Of a DNA stretch of 28,583 nucleotides, positions 8,793-18,143 are shown in pieces; the first letter of the stretch is position 1; every line of letters begins with the position of its first letter. Source of the stretch: Oligoflexus sp. (GTDB lineage Bacteria; Bdellovibrionota_B; Oligoflexia; Oligoflexales; Oligoflexaceae); assembly GCA_041736305.1 (NCBI GenBank), contig JBGSTX010000020.1, forward strand, positions 1-28,583, given 5' to 3'. A program made the position numbers and the translations under genes. The notes under the pieces were generated by a model that saw only the letters and a program-made list of their open reading frames with translations, ran no database searches and was not told the origin of the DNA.

Positions 8793-9785
8793 CTAGGGCA
8801 TGGTGTGTGAGAAACTGAGGCTCCATCGCGAGCTGGCTTTATCGTATATTACATAGTCGTCGAAACCAGGCTGCAGAAGAGTGCTCCCCATGCTATAGGA
8901 CAAGCCCAGCTTGCTACGTAAAGTGAGGGACCGACTCACACCCGCTTCCAAATTATAGCCTTGGTCGGGCAGATCGTAGACGATAGAGTCGCTGGAGCTA
9001 TCGTGCTCAACGGCGTGATAGACCGTCTCGGTATAGACAATACCATAGCGCACGGACCAGAGATCGTTTATCGCGTACTGCAGATCGTGGATCAAAGTAA
9101 AACTGAAATGTGGCAGAGTCTCACCACCATCTCCATCGGACGCTGGGGCTGTCTCAAAGGCGCTCCATATCCAGCCTGCAGCTCCACTAAGGCCAAGTTT
9201 TATAGCAGGATTCAATGCAAAGCTGAGCCCACTACTCACTTCAGCGGTGAGATAGGTCTCATTATAACGACTAGTCCGCGACAAGGGCAGCCCGACTTCA
9301 AAGCCGAGCCCCCACTGAGCTTTCGGAAAAGGCTGGCCTAAGTTTCTCTCTATTCCTAGCGCAGTGTCTCCCCATTCCACTTCGTCTTTGCTAGCATCAA
9401 CCACAAAGTTGATCGCGAGTGTTTGCGCCGCATAGAGGCTATAGTTGGGATCGAGTTGATAGCCACCTCGCGCCAGGAAGCGGCCACTGGAATCTCCATC
9501 GTCGAAGGGACTGAAGTAGGCGAAACGAAAGAGGGCATTCCAATCCGCCGGTTCAGGTTCCGTCTTCAGAGGGTTGAAGCCTTTGATCTCAGCCGGCTTT
9601 TGAATCTTCATTTTGGTGGTATCTTGCTCTGGCTCCAGCTTCGGCTCGCCTTCCACAAAAGGCATTTCGGCCGCATTCGGCGCTTCGCTGACGGGAGGCA
9701 CGACTCCCTCAGCCACAGCCTGACCCGCGCTCATGCAGAAGCTGATCGCTCCTAAGCTCGCAATAATAGCCAGCTTCAACGACAC
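8793..9785 (-). CDS. Hypothetical exported protein, probable outer-membrane beta-barrel
   Basis: Signal peptide and many alternating amphipathic aromatic strands (WGLGFEVGL, WSVRYGIVY, WSLSFSH). GTG start overlaps the upstream stop. Confidence 0.65.
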   Translation of the reverse strand: MSLKLAIIASLGAISFCMSAGQAVAEGVVPPVSEAPNAAEMPFVEGEPKLEPEQDTTKMKIQKPAEIKGFNPLKTEPEPADWNALFRFAYFSPFDDGDSSGRFLARGGYQLDPNYSLYAAQTLAINFVVDASKDEVEWGDTALGIERNLGQPFPKAQWGLGFEVGLPLSRTSRYNETYLTAEVSSGLSFALNPAIKLGLSGAAGWIWSAFETAPASDGDGGETLPHFSFTLIHDLQYAINDLWSVRYGIVYTETVYHAVEHDSSSDSIVYDLPDQGYNLEAGVSRSLTLRSKLGLSYSMGSTLLQPGFDDYVIYDKASSRWSLSFSHTMP

Positions 9786-12673
9786 TCGGGTACCCTGCCT
9801 TCGGTAATCAGGTAGAAATTGCGCTGGCTATTGAGCACTCCAGCGACGTCGGTATTAGCAATCAGAGCCGCTCCGTAAGGGTTCTTAGTTGTACCAGCAA
9901 CGAAGTAATCACCGTTGAGAAGGATGACATTAGCCGCCGTCTCATCGGCGAAATAGGGGTCGGTGTTAGTCCCTGCCGTGTAGGTGAAGCTTCCTGCTTG
10001 CAGAGCTGTGCCGCCAGGCCCTGCAGTATCAGCATCGATTCCGAAAGACGCTTCAAAACTAGCTTTCTTAAAGCAAGCGATCCTGACCAAATCGATAGCG
10101 ACCCGGCCCCCGCCAAAGTCAAAGTTACTAGCGGCATTGATGGCGAAGTACGTGCGCTCGAGATTATCGTATCCCGAGTACATGTCACCACTATTGATAT
10201 AGGCGTCCGAGAGGATGTTATCTATAAAGGTACCGATCAAGGGGTCATCGCGTAGGGGTATGAAGGACACCGGGCCAAAGCCGTTGTTAGGATTCAAGGG
10301 AAAGGGATCGTCGCCCATGAGAAAGCGGGCAGCGAATACTTTATCGTAGCTAATCCCCTGACGAGTCAAGGCTCCATTGAAGTCCTCGTAGCTACTAAAA
10401 TATGGTCGGTCGAGGAAGCTTTGATTCATGACGGCCCTTAAAAAGCTTGCCGAAAGCTTGGCAGCCTGTCTCAGGTCGTTAGCGATCGCATCAGAGATCA
10501 GCTGCGGTACAAACGGATTCAGACCTGGAATATTGGCCAATTCAGCTTGAATCTGCGACTGTTGGAAGGTCAAGCGATAGAGGCTTACAAAGCGCTTCAC
10601 ATCCAGCATGGTCCTAAAGGTTGACCAAGCATAGTTATCAGTATTCCAAAAGGCCCGGCTATAGCGAAAGTTTCTAATCCAGTAGGCTTCGTCATAAGAC
10701 TGAATCATACTGACCAAGATTTCAGAAGGCGACGATCCTCGATCGAAGCGGTTACAGAGAGGATTCACGGAGACGTGCTCGTCGGAGCAGTAAAGGCGTG
10801 GAATCGCGTCCTTGGCCGGGTCGAGCAAACCATCGCTGTAAGCGTAAATCAGAGCAGCCTTGTCGTAGGCTTCCCAGTCGTAGTGTAGACCGATTTCATC
10901 TTTGAGCTCGACATAGTCCATGACAGAGGAGGTAACGAGGCGCTTGGGATCCTTTTCGGTGGCTCGACTGATGCCGGCATCGGTCGTACCGTAGAAGTTA
11001 TGCCGCAGATTGAGATTGTGGCCAAACTCATGGATCGCGACCCGATAGAGTATGTCCTTGGTCACCTGATCAAGGTCCTGTCCCTGCAGCGCTGCTGGTA
11101 GACCAACAAACATTTCGTCACTGAAATTCCAAACCAGGCTCATTTTCTGCATTTTTTGGAAGTTAGTCTTAGCCTTTTCCTCTTCGATGTAGCGGCTGGT
11201 AATTTTCTCTGTTTCCAGAAGGATCTTATCGATTTCAGGAGAATTTTGCGCAACCTGAGCTTTGACTTGCTTGAGACGGGCGTCGGTCGTCAGCATGCTC
11301 CGCTCGGCTTCGTGCTGTGCGAAAGCATTGCCAGCATTTCCGAAAGTGAACTCAGGCAAGAGATAGCGATAATAATTAGCCAGATCGGCGACGGTTAGAA
11401 AAGAGGAGGTCTGGGTCCAGTTGGCCGAATCCTGAGCCATTGTATTCTTGATTTCACGATAGATGGACGAGGTTAAAGGCCGAGTGGGCTGGCGCGCATC
11501 GAATTCCTTTAGGCGTTTCAAATAAGCCTGCATCTGGCTGGTCCAGATTACGGTGTTCGAAGCGATGATTTCGCCTGTCACTGGATTGGCATCGCTGGGA
11601 CCGTAGCCAAAGGGTGCCTGGTAGTCCATGTCTTCGATGAAGTGAATAAAGGAATAGCGGATGTCACCGAAGCGTTTCGATCCATCATTTTCTTTGATCT
11701 GGAAACGAATCGGTAGATTCGCCGTTTCGAAGATTTTGTTGGTCTGCGCCATGATTCCTTTGTCTGGGTCGTTGTAGATCCACTTGTATTTTTCTGGAAA
11801 GTTCTCAGAAAAATAGATTGTATGAGTCTTCTTTGGGTGCCAACGGTTCATCAGAAAAGAGTTTTCCAAAAGACCCGTCGCACCATTGATAAATGGGGTG
11901 ATCGTCTGGAAGTAACCATACTTCTTCATCAGCGGATCATCTTCGCCTGTATACACGTAGGACTTATAACCTTCACTATCATCCTGCTTGAACGAGTACT
12001 TGTAGTGAATTGTATGGGTGAAGTCCTCGCGATAGTACTGAGGAGCGGTGATGCAATTCTCGTTGACCTGATAGTCGACCGCAACGATGAAGCCTACATA
12101 GTTGGCTTCGATCTCCTGGGAATAATCGACCATGCGGGAGGTCTTTTTCGCCCAGCAAGAGTCATCGATGCTAAAGGGAAAAGTTGCCGCTTCCGAGATG
12201 ACCGCCGAGTCCCAGTTCACCCGAAAAAAGCGCTTCTGATCATAGGCAATCTGATCGTTCTCGCTTTCGACGTTGCTCACCCGCCCGCCGCTCACCTTCT
12301 GATGATAGTCGCTGTGCTCGATGCTCCATTCATTGATGATTTTCTCGGGACCGGCCTTGGATTTAAAGACGTCGCTGGTGTCGACGAATTGAAGATGGTC
12401 TTTCGTGAAGCGGAACTGCCCCAGATAGGTCGAGCTCTGCAGACCGACGAAGCCGAAGGCGCTGTTCGAACCGTTGTTCACGATTGTCACTTTGCCCAGC
12501 CAGTTTTTGCCGGTATCAAAGGATGCTTTAGCCCAGCGATTACCTTCGGTTTCCTTCACCCGCTCGACCGGCCGTTTCCGGGCACAGTCTGCGCTGGAAA
12601 ATCCCATGGCGAGAATCAGGCCGAGATTGCTGAGCAGCCTGAAAGAGAAAGAGCCAGAATTTCCGAGAAACAT
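9776..12673 (-). CDS. Large exported zinc metalloprotease (metzincin-like)
   Basis: HEFGHNLNLRHNF zinc motif, SSVMDY Met-turn, GDIRYS and GYGPSDANPVTGEII motifs. N-terminal signal with a Cys (possible lipoprotein). Confidence 0.88.
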   Translation of the reverse strand: MFLGNSGSFSFRLLSNLGLILAMGFSSADCARKRPVERVKETEGNRWAKASFDTGKNWLGKVTIVNNGSNSAFGFVGLQSSTYLGQFRFTKDHLQFVDTSDVFKSKAGPEKIINEWSIEHSDYHQKVSGGRVSNVESENDQIAYDQKRFFRVNWDSAVISEAATFPFSIDDSCWAKKTSRMVDYSQEIEANYVGFIVAVDYQVNENCITAPQYYREDFTHTIHYKYSFKQDDSEGYKSYVYTGEDDPLMKKYGYFQTITPFINGATGLLENSFLMNRWHPKKTHTIYFSENFPEKYKWIYNDPDKGIMAQTNKIFETANLPIRFQIKENDGSKRFGDIRYSFIHFIEDMDYQAPFGYGPSDANPVTGEIIASNTVIWTSQMQAYLKRLKEFDARQPTRPLTSSIYREIKNTMAQDSANWTQTSSFLTVADLANYYRYLLPEFTFGNAGNAFAQHEAERSMLTTDARLKQVKAQVAQNSPEIDKILLETEKITSRYIEEEKAKTNFQKMQKMSLVWNFSDEMFVGLPAALQGQDLDQVTKDILYRVAIHEFGHNLNLRHNFYGTTDAGISRATEKDPKRLVTSSVMDYVELKDEIGLHYDWEAYDKAALIYAYSDGLLDPAKDAIPRLYCSDEHVSVNPLCNRFDRGSSPSEILVSMIQSYDEAYWIRNFRYSRAFWNTDNYAWSTFRTMLDVKRFVSLYRLTFQQSQIQAELANIPGLNPFVPQLISDAIANDLRQAAKLSASFLRAVMNQSFLDRPYFSSYEDFNGALTRQGISYDKVFAARFLMGDDPFPLNPNNGFGPVSFIPLRDDPLIGTFIDNILSDAYINSGDMYSGYDNLERTYFAINAASNFDFGGGRVAIDLVRIACFKKASFEASFGIDADTAGPGGTALQAGSFTYTAGTNTDPYFADETAANVILLNGDYFVAGTTKNPYGAALIANTDVAGVLNSQRNFYLITEGRVPECR

Positions 12674-12702
12674 AAGTTCCCTCCCACCATAGAGGTAAGT
12701 GC

Positions 12703-13887
12703 TTATTGGGCCTGCACTTGGTAAAGCAGAAAGCGCTTATCGCTCGCCGCAGTAAAGACGAAAGTCCCTTTCGTCAATTCGATCACTAGCAATTCACCGT
12801 CGTTTTCATAGCTGCATAAGGGAGTCGGGGTCTGCGTACTGCAGTCGAAGTCTACTGTGGCGCGAGCTTCGAAGTGACGATCGAGCGCCAGCATCAGTTC
12901 ACGCCCATCATCGCTCGCAACGGCATACGAGGCAAATGAATCGCCGATCTTGCGGCTACCAATCGTCGCACCGAAATCCATGCTGCCTTCATAGGTTCTG
13001 AGTGCACCCATAGCTAGAGGGAGCCTGCTCGGTCCCCAAGCGACGCGCACACTGCCCTGATCGTAGTAGGAAAAAGGTCCGCTCACTTGCTCCGGAGGAC
13101 CGTACTTGCTTTCGAAGCTAGTCTTAGACGTATTCAAAGTCAGATCACCGATCGAGCTACCGTAGACGATGGGACCTGTTACGCGGGGATAGAATTTCTG
13201 TTCAGGCAGGAAGTAGACGATCTGGAGTTTGGTTCCAGTTTCTGTTGAAATAATAAAGCCACCTTTCCGAAACTGCAGCTCGTAGCTACCGTTCGAGGAT
13301 AGGAAACGACAGGTGAAGGCTAGCTCGCAGTCATATGCCTGGCCCGTCTTGCCTTCGAAGCTAGCTCCAGCCGCACGCATAAAAGCCTTGAGATCGACCT
13401 CTGTTTTGATCGAGGGAAGCGCTTGCCCGACGGAGAGTTTACCGTAGGGTGCTGGCAGATTCAGCGAGCCGCCATATCCATCATCGACGACGATCAACGC
13501 AGGAACTGGCGCTTCGCCGTCACCCCATTGAATGCGAATATGTTCTGGATAGGCTTCGAGTCCTTGTGAGGCACCGAGAGGAGCGGAGAGTATATTGCGC
13601 GCTTCCTGCTTGGTCGTCTTCATATTTATGCCCGCGACGCTACTTCCGAATTCTATGTTAATAATTTCATTCCGCGTTTTGCGGCGAGCATTTTCTTCGG
13701 GATCGAGGGCGGCTACTTTACCAGGGACTAAGCCACCTTCAGGCCGAGTAGGAAGCCGTGATAGCACAGGCAGGGCATCGTTGTTCTCAAGCATCTTTTT
13801 GTCTAATAGCTCGGTGCTTTCTTTGTCTTTTTTTGAACAGGCGCCGAATATTGTGAGGCTGGCGACTGCTAATATGAGTCCGTACAT
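12703..13887 (-). CDS. Hypothetical lipoprotein with two tandem homologous domains
   Basis: Lipobox FGAC at Cys17, GGAGG RBS, and a visible internal duplication. Confidence 0.8.
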   Translation of the reverse strand: MYGLILAVASLTIFGACSKKDKESTELLDKKMLENNDALPVLSRLPTRPEGGLVPGKVAALDPEENARRKTRNEIINIEFGSSVAGINMKTTKQEARNILSAPLGASQGLEAYPEHIRIQWGDGEAPVPALIVVDDGYGGSLNLPAPYGKLSVGQALPSIKTEVDLKAFMRAAGASFEGKTGQAYDCELAFTCRFLSSNGSYELQFRKGGFIISTETGTKLQIVYFLPEQKFYPRVTGPIVYGSSIGDLTLNTSKTSFESKYGPPEQVSGPFSYYDQGSVRVAWGPSRLPLAMGALRTYEGSMDFGATIGSRKIGDSFASYAVASDDGRELMLALDRHFEARATVDFDCSTQTPTPLCSYENDGELLVIELTKGTFVFTAASDKRFLLYQVQAQ

Positions 13888-13908
13888 ACACCCCTCCGGT
13901 TTCCCCCT

Positions 13909-13935
13909 TTATCGGCCGAAAAGGGGCTAGCCTAG
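13909..13935 (-). promoter_or_regulatory. Putative sigma28 (FliA)-type promoter
   Basis: Perfect GCCGATAA -10 box (13916-13909), 21 nt before the ATG. The -35 match is weak (CTAGG, N14). Confidence 0.5.
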
Positions 13936-14089
13936 AGTTCTAAGGCGCCTATATTTTATGGAAATTTTATAAGATATTGTTATTTAAGGTTTTACTGGGA
14001 ATAAAAACTTTTAAGTGTCGGTGGCGAAAGGCCGGAATAAGGCTAGAAAGAAGGCAAAAATTCCGAAATTAGATCCATACCCCTTATGC

Positions 14090-14560
14090 TTAGTACATAG
14101 TCTGCGCTGCACCGCTATAGCTGATACCTAAAGGACGATTGCTTTCGAGCAGTATTTTTTGCTCGCTGCGATCCGCCTGCGGAACCGCTGCAAGGTCAGG
14201 GACAATGCGGATAGGGTTGAGGGACCTGAAATGATAGATCACGCTTATCCCCGACTGCAGCGTAAAGCGTCGCACGCGCATCGACTGTCTATCGTAGATG
14301 GCTATCGGTAGTGGTTTGGTATTCCCGCTTTTAGCTAAGGTACTCAACTTGAGGACCTGCGCCCTATCATTTGCTTGAACCTGCAGTTGCATCGTCAGCG
14401 GCGCCATCATGTAGGCGGGATGCGGGAGGGTCAATTCTTTACCAGGCGGTAGAACTTGCACATCAAAGGGCTCGAATCCCTCACTATCGTCTTCCGCGCG
14501 AGCCACTGCACTCGTGAGGTTTAAAGCTGTGATCAAGCTGATGAAGAGGCTGGTTCTCAT
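14090..14560 (-). CDS. Hypothetical secreted protein
   Basis: ATG at 14560 with GGGAG RBS 6 nt upstream. Signal peptide ends ARA-E. Confidence 0.75.
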   Translation of the reverse strand: MRTSLFISLITALNLTSAVARAEDDSEGFEPFDVQVLPPGKELTLPHPAYMMAPLTMQLQVQANDRAQVLKLSTLAKSGNTKPLPIAIYDRQSMRVRRFTLQSGISVIYHFRSLNPIRIVPDLAAVPQADRSEQKILLESNRPLGISYSGAAQTMY

Positions 14561-14588
14561 CGGCAACTCCCTTGCTACTGTTCCCTCT

Positions 14589-14618
14589 ATTGTAGAGTCT
14601 CAACTTAAGCTCTGTAAA
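14589..14618 (-). promoter_or_regulatory. Putative sigma70 promoter
   Basis: TTTACA-N18-TACAAT upstream of the 14560 start. Confidence 0.4.
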
Positions 14619-14938
14619 TGGCCAGGACGGCAGCTTTCGCGTTTTTGCGTTTAGATTATCCCGCTTTAAGCTCTGGAAATCGACTGCTCGTGATCAGCGT
14701 GCTGAGAGACAGCCTGACATTTGTCTGATTTTAATTTGGCCTAATCAAAAGAAATCAAATTCATTTTTTTTGGCGCTGTGCATTTCCCTAAGTTTTCTTT
14801 GTCGGCTTCCGAAGCAATGTATGACACTACGATGCTTTGCTCGAAAAAAAGATGTCCATCTAGGACTCTTACATTTCAGAACGGATAGCGAAGATCGTGA
14901 GCCTCGCCAAGATTGGTGAAGCTGTCATTGAATAAAGT

Positions 14939-15147
14939 TATTGCCGGTGACCTTTGCCCTATTTGCCTCGAGTTCATTTGGTCCCATCCAAATTTCTCCG
15001 CATCTGGGTTGTTCCGCAAAGGCCCTGTCACCTTATTGCAGATTCGTTCCGGATTTGCATTCTCTTGGCTGAAGGTAGTCGCATTTAGAGATTTTGCGCA
15101 CGCACCATGCAGCTGTCCGTTTTCAACGGGAGAGGTCACCGGCAATA
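14939..15147. ncRNA. Putative structured RNA or MITE, 209 bp, with 15-bp terminal inverted repeats
   Basis: TATTGCCGGTGACCT (14939-14953) pairs with AGGTCACCGGCAATA (15133-15147) and encloses nested internal helices. Family not recognised. Confidence 0.5.
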
Positions 15148-15278
15148 TCTACCACTCCACGCAAGATGCAAATCCCGTCCCATAGAGCGATTTTGCCTAG
15201 TCCGCGACGTTCCCAAGCAAATCCTTTACAATAGGAGCAGTAGGCATTGAAGCTAGCAGCTTGGTATATGGGGCTTTG

Positions 15279-16352
15279 ATGAATTTAGACAAAATCTTAA
15301 AAGTTGCGGTCAAGGGCGGAGCGAGCGATGTGATCCTCAAAGAGGGTGCCGTTCCGCGTTTCCGCTACCAAAATGAAATTCTCAATCTGACTAACGGCGA
15401 AATGATTGACAGCGAGATGATGCGGGAATGGATATTCCATATGATCCCCTCACATATGCGGTCTCGCCTGCAAAATCTCCAGGATCTGGATTTCGCGTAC
15501 ACCACCTCTAACGGCGACCGATTCCGAGCTAACCTCTTTCGACAAAAGGGGACCTATGCGGTCGTGCTTCGCGTCATCGCTAAGCATATCCGTACGATGG
15601 AGGAGCTCCAGCTCCCTCCCGCCATTCAAAGGCTAGCCGATGAGCGCCGGGGCCTAGTCCTCGTCACGGGTGCCACGGGTAGCGGAAAATCGACGACGCT
15701 CGGCGCCTTGCTCGAAAGCATAAACAGCAACCGTGCCGTTCATATCCTCACTATCGAGGATCCCATCGAGTTTCTCTTCGTCGAAAAAAAGGCGACTATC
15801 AATCAGCGAGAGATCGGCATCGATGCCGAGAATTTCCCTTCGGCCCTTCGCAGCGCCCTGAGGCAAAATCCTGATGTGATTTACGTGGGTGAGCTGAGAG
15901 ATCAGGAAACGGTGGAGACCGCACTGATGGCTGCGGAGACGGGTCACTTGGTCTTCTCAACTCTGCATACGCTCGACGCCACCGAGTCTATCACGCGTCT
16001 GCTCTCTTACTTCCCACCCCATGCTCATTCTTCACTGAAGCTGATGATCTCTCAAACGCTCAAAGCTATTGTCTCTCAGCGCCTCATACCACGGGCTGAT
16101 AAGAAGGGACTAGTTCCCGCCCTAGAAATACTGGTTGCTAATGAACTCGTCAAAGAAGTCATCCAAAAAGGCGATGACTTCAATATGCTCAAAGACGCTA
16201 TTCGAAGCAATCGCAACACCTACGGTATGCAAAGCTTCGATCAGTCGCTCCTCAAGCTCTTCAAGTCGGGAGTCATCGCACGGGCCGAAGCGCTGGACCA
16301 CGCCTCCAACCGGAAGGACCTCGAGCTGGCTATGCAGGGATTTGAGACTTGA
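15279..16352 (+). CDS. pilT: PilT/PilU-family type IV pilus retraction ATPase
   Basis: Walker A GATGSGKST, TIEDPIE, LRQNPDVIYVGELRD, His box TGHLVFSTLHT, GMQSFDQSL. ATG at 15279 preferred over TTG at 15261. Confidence 0.92.
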   Translation: MNLDKILKVAVKGGASDVILKEGAVPRFRYQNEILNLTNGEMIDSEMMREWIFHMIPSHMRSRLQNLQDLDFAYTTSNGDRFRANLFRQKGTYAVVLRVIAKHIRTMEELQLPPAIQRLADERRGLVLVTGATGSGKSTTLGALLESINSNRAVHILTIEDPIEFLFVEKKATINQREIGIDAENFPSALRSALRQNPDVIYVGELRDQETVETALMAAETGHLVFSTLHTLDATESITRLLSYFPPHAHSSLKLMISQTLKAIVSQRLIPRADKKGLVPALEILVANELVKEVIQKGDDFNMLKDAIRSNRNTYGMQSFDQSLLKLFKSGVIARAEALDHASNRKDLELAMQGFET

Positions 16353-17952
16353 AGTAGGCCATCCATTGCGCTTCAGCTCCTGCGCCGAACAGGAGCTCGC
16401 AGGCTCGGTAAAGCGTTTTACTTTTTGATAGCTCGGCGCGCGATACGACGAGCGAGAGTCTGGTTCTGCGCCGAAGAAAGTCCTCCAGATCATAAACCAG
16501 TTCTTCCTTAGCCATGAATGCAGCTTCGGCTAGCAAGACCGGAGCCGACTCAACGATAGGCTCACGGAGCTTCGGCTCGGTTTGAATGAGGCCGAGAACC
16601 TTGACCGCCTCCTCTCCATAATTTCGCCACAGTCTCTCTGCGAGAGTCCCCTCCCCTTGATCCCTGACATTGTGCAGGCCCAAAGCCTCCGCTTCCGAGG
16701 TAAAGCGAGCCTTCGCTTCGCTGCTACCTTCACCATACCAAAGGCCGGGAGTCTTAGCTTTGACGCCGAGCTGAGCTGCTGCTTCGATGAGTTCGCGGCC
16801 TATATTGAGGCAGTCGGTGAGTTTGCCGCCGAAGACGCTGATATGATTCTGGGCCTTGTCTACTTCAATTTCGTGCTTTCTCGAGAGATTGACCCAATCT
16901 TCCTGATCGAGCACCCGGTCTCGGCCAGCCACTACCAGGGGACGCACTCCACAGCGTTCACCGATGATGTCAGCTTCGGTCAGGGGTTCGCTCAGCCGCA
17001 GGCGCTTGTTGATGTTGTCGAGAACGAACTTTCGGTCGGCAGCTTCTATACGCGCAGGTAGCTCTTGCACCCGTGTATCGGTAGTGCCGATGCACGAGCA
17101 GGCACCCATAGGAATGACAAAGAACAGTCGGCCATCGTCCGCAAAGAAGGTCAGGACCCTCTCGTGAGCGGTCAAACGGCGGACGATGAGGTGTATGCCT
17201 TTCGAGAAAATATGTCGGTGCTGAGTCCGAATTCCAGCCAAGGTATTCAGTTGGTCTGTGTAGGGGCCGCCGGCGTTGATGACGAGTTTAGCTCGGACCT
17301 GAAAGCTAGCTGTATCCGCAGGCTTAACTGCAATAGACCACTTGCCTTCATTGTCCCATGCAAGACCTTGCACCTGCGCATAATTGAGAGCCGTCGCACC
17401 CTGGCGAAGGGCACGTCTTATAAAATGGAAAACGAAGCGAGCGTCGTTGTCTTTGAGGTAGCAGTCGGAGTATTCCAAGCCGCCCTGACTCTTCCCAAGG
17501 TCTATCGTCGGTTCTTCCCTCTGAATATCAGAGTTCGAGAGCAGGCGAGGAGCCGCTGTCTTGAAGCGTCCCATCATCCAGTAAAGGACCGCACCTAGAA
17601 AGACCAGAAAGCGCGGCTTGCGAAAGCCTCGCTCAAGAGTGGTGAAGAAGCGGAGTTCTTTCACTTCGTTGGGATAACTCTTCATGAGTTCATTGCGGGA
17701 GCGGCAAAGCTCCCAGACCAATCCAAACTCGTAGCTTTCGAGGTATTTGATGCCTCCCCAGACGAGATTGGACGACTCTTGGCTCGTGCTTGAGGCAAAG
17801 TCCTTCTTTTCGAGCAGCGCAACCTTGAGGCCGGTCGCGCTCAGAGCGGCGGCGGCTACCGCACCGTTGATGCCACCACCGATGATAGCCACATCAAAAA
17901 CTTCTCCCTGCAAGCGCTTTATCAAGGTCTGGCGTAAAGGGTCTATACCCAT
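16330..17952 (-). CDS. glpD: FAD-dependent glycerol-3-phosphate dehydrogenase/oxidase
   Basis: IIGGGINGA, STSQESSNLVWGGIKYL, IGTTD, GVRPL, SRKHEI, GGKLT, LEDFLRRRTRL. Confidence 0.92.
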   Translation of the reverse strand: MGIDPLRQTLIKRLQGEVFDVAIIGGGINGAVAAAALSATGLKVALLEKKDFASSTSQESSNLVWGGIKYLESYEFGLVWELCRSRNELMKSYPNEVKELRFFTTLERGFRKPRFLVFLGAVLYWMMGRFKTAAPRLLSNSDIQREEPTIDLGKSQGGLEYSDCYLKDNDARFVFHFIRRALRQGATALNYAQVQGLAWDNEGKWSIAVKPADTASFQVRAKLVINAGGPYTDQLNTLAGIRTQHRHIFSKGIHLIVRRLTAHERVLTFFADDGRLFFVIPMGACSCIGTTDTRVQELPARIEAADRKFVLDNINKRLRLSEPLTEADIIGERCGVRPLVVAGRDRVLDQEDWVNLSRKHEIEVDKAQNHISVFGGKLTDCLNIGRELIEAAAQLGVKAKTPGLWYGEGSSEAKARFTSEAEALGLHNVRDQGEGTLAERLWRNYGEEAVKVLGLIQTEPKLREPIVESAPVLLAEAAFMAKEELVYDLEDFLRRRTRLSLVVSRAELSKSKTLYRACELLFGAGAEAQWMAYFKSQIPA

Positions 17953-18143
17953 AAGAGCTCCGTGGCCGTAGAGAAGAAAAGAAAAGAAAATTGAAAAGGG
18001 TAGGAGCCTGAGATGATGGCCCCCTGCACCTATTGTAATCCAAGGATAGGCAGAGGCACAGTGGCGCTGGCCGTCCCATTGACGGCTAGAAGAAACTGCG
18101 TCAAAATATTAATAGAAGCGCTCTCAAAATAAAAGGTGTCATC

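Noticed and set aside
11822-12724. 300-aa antisense ORF, and similar ones at 6875-7585, 7589-8320, 21346-21966 and 27000-27602
   Set aside because: Shadow frames opposite well-supported genes.
14876-15185. Two opposing ~90-aa ORFs; also c-di-GMP-I riboswitch or retron ncRNA
   Set aside because: Both ORFs have TTG starts and no motifs. There is no GGCAAA-GAAA-GACGCAAA riboswitch core and no adjacent retron RT. The ORFs are not fully excluded.
16330-16352. pilT/glpD convergent overlap
   Set aside because: A 23-nt tail-to-tail overlap is commonplace.
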